A stretch of 64,000 nt of DNA, taken from Desulfobacterales bacterium (GTDB lineage: Bacteria > Desulfobacterota > Desulfobacteria > Desulfobacterales > SpSt-501). A program made the position numbers and the translations under genes. Positions 60,114-64,000 of the stretch are shown here, one piece after another (position 1 is the first letter of the stretch; each line of letters begins with the position of its first letter). The notes beneath the pieces are model-generated. The model was not told the origin of the DNA, did not search any database, and was given only the letters and a program-made list of their open reading frames with translations. The stretch is taken from contig JBGSTS010000073.1 in the NCBI GenBank assembly GCA_041736435.1, forward strand, positions 866 through 64,865, written 5' to 3'.

Positions 60114-60130
60114 CTTACAGGCCTTGCTAT

Positions 60131-60150
60131 ATGAATGAATATTCATTCAT
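60131..60150. promoter_or_regulatory. TetR/FadR-type operator 1
   Basis: Perfect 20-bp palindrome ATGAATGAATATTCATTCAT, downstream of a minus-strand TTGACA at 60171-60176. Confidence 0.85.
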
Positions 60151-60289
60151 TTATCAAGGATCAGCTGGCGTGTCAATAGCGATAGGATGAAAATAGGCTA
60201 TGATTATTTAAATTTATAATAACATCAGCTTTAAATCGAAAAAGAAAAGGTGTCTTGTTGAAGAAAAAGGAACGGGGGGTCCTCCATTT

Positions 60290-60309
60290 ATGAATGAATT
60301 TATATTCAT
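60290..60309. promoter_or_regulatory. TetR/FadR-type operator 2
   Basis: ATGAATGAATTTATATTCAT, an imperfect copy of operator 1 located 159 bp away. Confidence 0.7.
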
Positions 60310-60332
60310 ATAGACGACTTTTGCGCTGCGGT

Positions 60333-60375
60333 AAAAAATGAGGGCGATCCCGACATTGCCGGGATCGCCCTCATT
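60333..60375 (-). terminator. Intrinsic terminator after metF
   Basis: AATGAGGGCGATCCCG / CGGGATCGCCCTCATT 16-bp stem with T6 tract on minus. Confidence 0.85.
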
Positions 60376-60401
60376 ATGCGCGGAACTCGACTGATAAAAC
60401 G

Positions 60402-61325
60402 TCAGGCGTGGGGACGCGGGAGCATTCCGGCCCTCTCAGCGATTTCGGGCACCCGGTGCTCCCACTCGATCGCCATGAGGTGGACCCCGTGAACACCCTT
60501 CATCTCCTTGAACTCGGCGATCTGCTCGAGGGCGATGCGAATGCCCTCTTCCGCCTGCTTGTCCCGGGGCACCCCTTGGAGTCGGCTGATGATCTCGTCG
60601 GGCACGTCCATACCGGGCACCTTGCTTTTCATGTACTTGGCCATACCGAGGCTTTTCATGGGGGTGACCCCGGCCAGGATGTAGACCTTTTCGGTCAGCC
60701 CCATGTCGTTCGCCTGCCGGATCCACTCACGGAATTTGGCCATGTTGTAAATGCACTGGGTCTGGATGAAGTCCACCCCGGCCTGGATTTTTTTGGCCAG
60801 CCGGTGCACCCGCCACTCGAAGGGGTCGGCGAAGGGGTTGGCGGCGGCGCCGATGAAGATCTGGGGCCGGCCGTCCACGTCGGCGCCGCTCAGAAACTTG
60901 CCCTCGTCGCGCAGTTTCTTGACCATGAAGATCAGCTGCATCGAGTCGATGTCGAACACGCCCTTGGCCGTGGGGTGGTCGCCGAACTGGCAGTGGTCGC
61001 CCGTCAGGCAGAGCATATTGCGGATCCCCAGGGCAAAGGCGCCGAGAATGTCCGCCTGCATGGCCAGGCGGTTGCGGTCGCGGCAGACCATCTGGTAGTT
61101 GGGCTCGATGCCTTCCTGGATCAGGATCAACGAGGCCGCCCAGCTCGCCATGCGCACCATGGCTGTCTGGTTGTCGGTGATATTGACGGCGTCCACACGG
61201 CCCTTGAGATGCACCGCTTTTTTGCGCACTTCCTCGGCGTGGGCCCCCCGCGGCGGCCCAAGCTCACCGGTAAATGCGAACTGCCCGGATTTCAGAATTT
61301 TTTCCAGATTGCTTCCAGATTTCAT
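60402..61325 (-). CDS. metF: Methylenetetrahydrofolate reductase catalytic subunit
   Basis: TGELGPP, VNITDNQ, CRDRNR, CLTGDH, FIQTQ, GVHLM. Confidence 0.93.
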   Translation of the reverse strand: MKSGSNLEKILKSGQFAFTGELGPPRGAHAEEVRKKAVHLKGRVDAVNITDNQTAMVRMASWAASLILIQEGIEPNYQMVCRDRNRLAMQADILGAFALGIRNMLCLTGDHCQFGDHPTAKGVFDIDSMQLIFMVKKLRDEGKFLSGADVDGRPQIFIGAAANPFADPFEWRVHRLAKKIQAGVDFIQTQCIYNMAKFREWIRQANDMGLTEKVYILAGVTPMKSLGMAKYMKSKVPGMDVPDEIISRLQGVPRDKQAEEGIRIALEQIAEFKEMKGVHGVHLMAIEWEHRVPEIAERAGMLPRPHA

Positions 61326-61345
61326 CTCGGCACCTTCCGACAGGG

Positions 61346-62023
61346 TTAGGCCTTGGCCTTTTCCGGTTTTTTATAGCCGGGCTGGATGAGGGACCGCGGC
61401 GTCATGTCCTTCCAGTCATGCGGCGGCTGAAGGTCCAGAATGCAGTCCAGGCGCCCCTGGGCCTTGAGCCGCTCGTAGATCGCGTTCCAGGCGCAGGGCT
61501 GATCGGCGTTGATCTCGCAGCTGCCCTTGTTGGTGCCGCCGCAGGGGCCGTTGTAAAGCCCCTTGGCGCACATGGTGACCGGGCAGATCCCGCCCGTCAG
61601 CCCCAGAACGCAGCGGCCGCAGGAGCGGCAGCGCTCCTCGTACCAACCCACATCCTGGTTGACCGCCAACCCGGCCGTGTCCACCGCCGGGTAGACCGGC
61701 TTGTGCGGGAACCGCTCGGCCAGAAACTGGATCCCGACCCCGCAGGCCATGGAAATGAGGGCGTCGTAGGCGTCCACCTTCCCGTCCAGCTGGGCGAGGT
61801 ACTCGCGGTCGCACTGGCGCTCCAGGGTCGCGGAACCGAGTTCCACGGGGTTTTCGGCCAGCCGGCGGGCCATTTCCAGCTCAGCGGTCAGGACCGCCAC
61901 CTCTTTCTCGCCCCCGGCCAGGCAGACGGCTACACAGGTGCCGCAGCCCACCACCAGGATTTTCCGGTGGCCTTTGAGCAGCTGCATGATCTCATCGAAC
62001 GGTTTGCGCTTGGCTACGATCAT
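61346..62023 (-). CDS. metV: Methylenetetrahydrofolate reductase small Fe-S subunit
   Basis: GCGTCVAVCLAGG, ERQCD, CRSCGRC, CPVTMCAKGLYNGPCGG, PCAW; immediately upstream of metF. Confidence 0.92.
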   Translation of the reverse strand: MIVAKRKPFDEIMQLLKGHRKILVVGCGTCVAVCLAGGEKEVAVLTAELEMARRLAENPVELGSATLERQCDREYLAQLDGKVDAYDALISMACGVGIQFLAERFPHKPVYPAVDTAGLAVNQDVGWYEERCRSCGRCVLGLTGGICPVTMCAKGLYNGPCGGTNKGSCEINADQPCAWNAIYERLKAQGRLDCILDLQPPHDWKDMTPRSLIQPGYKKPEKAKA

Positions 62024-62122
62024 GATCCCTCCAGGGACCGCCCTTGCGGGACGGCCGCTAGGTTGAAAAATGTGACGTTGATATCAGTTGCAGTTTTAAA
62101 AAAACAGCTCCCGTCGCCGCGG

Positions 62123-62548
62123 CTATCGACCCGCAGTTTTTTTCTTGAGAGGGTTCGGCCCGAGCTTGAGGATGTTCTCGTTCATCTCCTTGGCATAAGC
62201 GGCAAACGTCGGCCCCTCGCCCGAGGAGAGGTTGTACATTCGCACCCGGTCGGCCTCGAGGCCGATCTCCTGCAGCAGGGAGCGCACGTAATCGACGCGT
62301 TCGCGGCAGCGCAGGTTGCCCTCGTTGTAGTGGCACGTCCCCTCCAGGCAGCCGACGCAGTAAACACCGTCGGCCCCTTTCTGGATGGCGGTCAGCAGGT
62401 GGATCACATCCACCTTCCCGGTGCAGGGCACGAAGATGACCTTGACGCTGCTCGGGTACTCCAGTCGCATGGAACCTGCCAGGTCCGCGGCCGAGTAGCC
62501 TCAGTATTCACAGCAGAACGCGATGATGTTGGGTTCGAACCCCGGCAT
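62123..62548 (-). CDS. mvhD: MvhD/FlpD [2Fe-2S] subunit containing selenocysteine (in-frame TGA at 62501-62503)
   Basis: ATG at 62548 gives MPGFEPNIIAFCCEY-TGA-GYSAADLAGSMRLEYP...PCTGKVD...GADGV..GC..GTCHY..GN; TGA sits at the Cys position of the CxxC-type motif. Confidence 0.92.
62466..62489 (-). promoter_or_regulatory. Bacterial SECIS hairpin
   Basis: Begins 11 nt after the TGA: CGCGGACCU-GGC-AGGUUCCAUGCG, G-containing loop and a bulged U. Confidence 0.75.
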
Positions 62549-64000
62549 CAGCCCACCTCCTCCGCCAGCAGCGCTTCGATCTTGCACACGAGCTGGTCGT
62601 CCTCGTAGAAGCTCAGCCCGATCGCCTGGCGCGGGCAGACCGCCGTGCACACCCCGCAGCCGTGGCAGATCGCCTCGTTGATCTCGATGACCTTCTCCCG
62701 GTCGTTGAACTGCGGCACGCCGAAGGGGCAGGAGCGCACACAGGTCAGGCACTTCACACAGTGCTCGGTGTCCACCTTGGCCGTGATCGGGGAGAGCTTG
62801 ACCTCGTCCTTGGACAACAGCGTGGCCGCGCGCGCGGCCGCCGCCTGGGCCTGAGCGATGGTTTCCGAGATCAGCTTCGGGCCGTGGGCCGTGCCGCACA
62901 GGAACACCCCCTCGCTCGGCATGTCCACCGGCCGCAGCTTCACGTGGGCCTCGATGAAGAAGCCCTCCGGGTTGCGGTTGAGCTTCATGATCCCGCTGAC
63001 CTCGGCCGTGTCCGCCGCGGCCACGCCGGCGCTCAGCACCAGCCGGTCCGCCTGGATTTCGATCTCCCGCTGCAGCACGTGGTCCTTCACCCGCACCGCG
63101 ACCCCCTCGCCGTTCGCGGAGACCTGCGGCGCGGCCTGGGGCTCGAAGCGGATGAAAATGACCCCCTGCTTGCGCGCCTCGGTGTAGTAATCCTCCAGCA
63201 GCCCGTATGTGCGCATGTCCCGGTAAAGGACGTAGACCTGGGCCCCGGGGTTGAGCCGCTTGAGGTGCAGGGCGTTCTTGACCGCGCTCTGGCAGCAGAT
63301 GCGCGAGCAGTTCTCGTTCTGCTCGTTGCGCGAGCCGACGCACTGGATCATGACGACACTCTGCAGCTCGACCGCATCGGGCCCTTCGAGGAGATCACCG
63401 AATTCGACCTGGGTCATAACCCGCGGGTCCTCGCCATAGAGGTACTCCGAGGGACGATACTCCGACGCGCCCGTCGCCACGATGATGGCCCCGTGCTCGA
63501 TTTTTTCGGAACTACCGTTGCCGCCCGCGGCGACTGTGGTGAGAAAGTTGCCCTTGAACCCCTCGAAGGCGGTGACGCGCACCTCGGTCAGAACCCGAAT
63601 CTTCGGGTGCCCTGTCACCTCCCCGACCAGTTGCTGCACGTAAGCCCGGATGTCGGCCCCCTCGATCGTGTGGTGCAGACGGCGCGCGAAGCCCCCCAGC
63701 TCAGCGTCCTTTTCGACGATCACCGACGCGAACCCCTGACGCGCCAAGCCCAGGGCGGCGTTCATCCCGGCAATGCCCCCCCCGATGACCAGGGCCTGCT
63801 TGTGGATCGGGACGACCTTGCTGTGCAGGGTTTTCAGTGCCGCGGCACGGGCCACGGACATGCGCACCAGGTCCCGGGCCTTGACGGTGGCCGCATCGTG
63901 GTCGCCCGCGTGCACCCAGGAGTCCTGGTTGCGGATGTTGGCCATCTCGAACAGGTAGGGGTTCAGGCCGCAGGCCTCCAGGGTCTCCATGAACATCGGG
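62548..64000 (-). CDS. hdrA: Heterodisulfide reductase subunit A-like flavoprotein (5' end outside window)
   Basis: FEMANIR, LVIGGGIAG, IQCVGSR...CSRICC, YRDMRTYG, C-terminal CVKCLTCVRSCP and CHGCGVCTAVCP; stop overlaps mvhD start (TGATG). Confidence 0.92.
   Translation of the reverse strand, partial: PMFMETLEACGLNPYLFEMANIRNQDSWVHAGDHDAATVKARDLVRMSVARAAALKTLHSKVVPIHKQALVIGGGIAGMNAALGLARQGFASVIVEKDAELGGFARRLHHTIEGADIRAYVQQLVGEVTGHPKIRVLTEVRVTAFEGFKGNFLTTVAAGGNGSSEKIEHGAIIVATGASEYRPSEYLYGEDPRVMTQVEFGDLLEGPDAVELQSVVMIQCVGSRNEQNENCSRICCQSAVKNALHLKRLNPGAQVYVLYRDMRTYGLLEDYYTEARKQGVIFIRFEPQAAPQVSANGEGVAVRVKDHVLQREIEIQADRLVLSAGVAAADTAEVSGIMKLNRNPEGFFIEAHVKLRPVDMPSEGVFLCGTAHGPKLISETIAQAQAAAARAATLLSKDEVKLSPITAKVDTEHCVKCLTCVRSCPFGVPQFNDREKVIEINEAICHGCGVCTAVCPRQAIGLSFYEDDQLVCKIEALLAEEVG

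Noticed and set aside
60114-60146. ORF-track start of the TetR gene at 60146
   Set aside because: That ATG lies inside the operator palindrome; the ATG at 60113 fits better.
62501-63343. 280-aa minus-strand ORF overlapping hdrA
   Set aside because: Alternative-frame artefact; only its last 15 codons are real, as the N-terminus of Sec-MvhD.

Overview
GC-rich bacterial chromosomal window whose gene content points to an anaerobic Desulfobacterota (Desulfobacterales-like) organism; this taxonomy is an inference from HdrA/MvhD/MetVF, ETF plus membrane FeS oxidoreductase, rubrerythrin and a selenocysteine-containing MvhD. Positions 1-34.7 kb are mostly core genes (ftsK, rnj, plsC, fdx, tmk, surE, lptD, NusG paralogue, ihfB, holB, ricT, metG, pyrG, eno, U32 family, sat/cysC, galE). 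This block holds three odd enzymes: a cysteine synthase fused to a CysRS-like domain that has lost HIGH, KMSKS and one Zn ligand; a 1247-aa GlmS-like protein with a 50-aa leader; and a Sat-CysC fusion whose sulfurylase motif is mutated. About 34.7-47.5 kb looks like a partly eroded light/oxidative-stress island: a possible integrase scar, rubrerythrin, a radical SAM-DUF4130 fusion, a hemerythrin-loaded family 1 encapsulin, a photolyase-renalase fusion operon, and telescoped gene relics. 47.5-64 kb carries fatty-acid oxidation and electron transfer genes (acyl-CoA dehydrogenases, TetR with perfect operator, etfBA, FeS oxidoreductase) and hdrA-mvhD(Sec)-metV-metF. Several intergenic spacers contain inverted arrays of 8-10-nt tandem repeats. 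No rRNA, tRNA, CRISPR array or intact mobile element was recognised. Family assignments come from motif recognition by eye, not from database searches.
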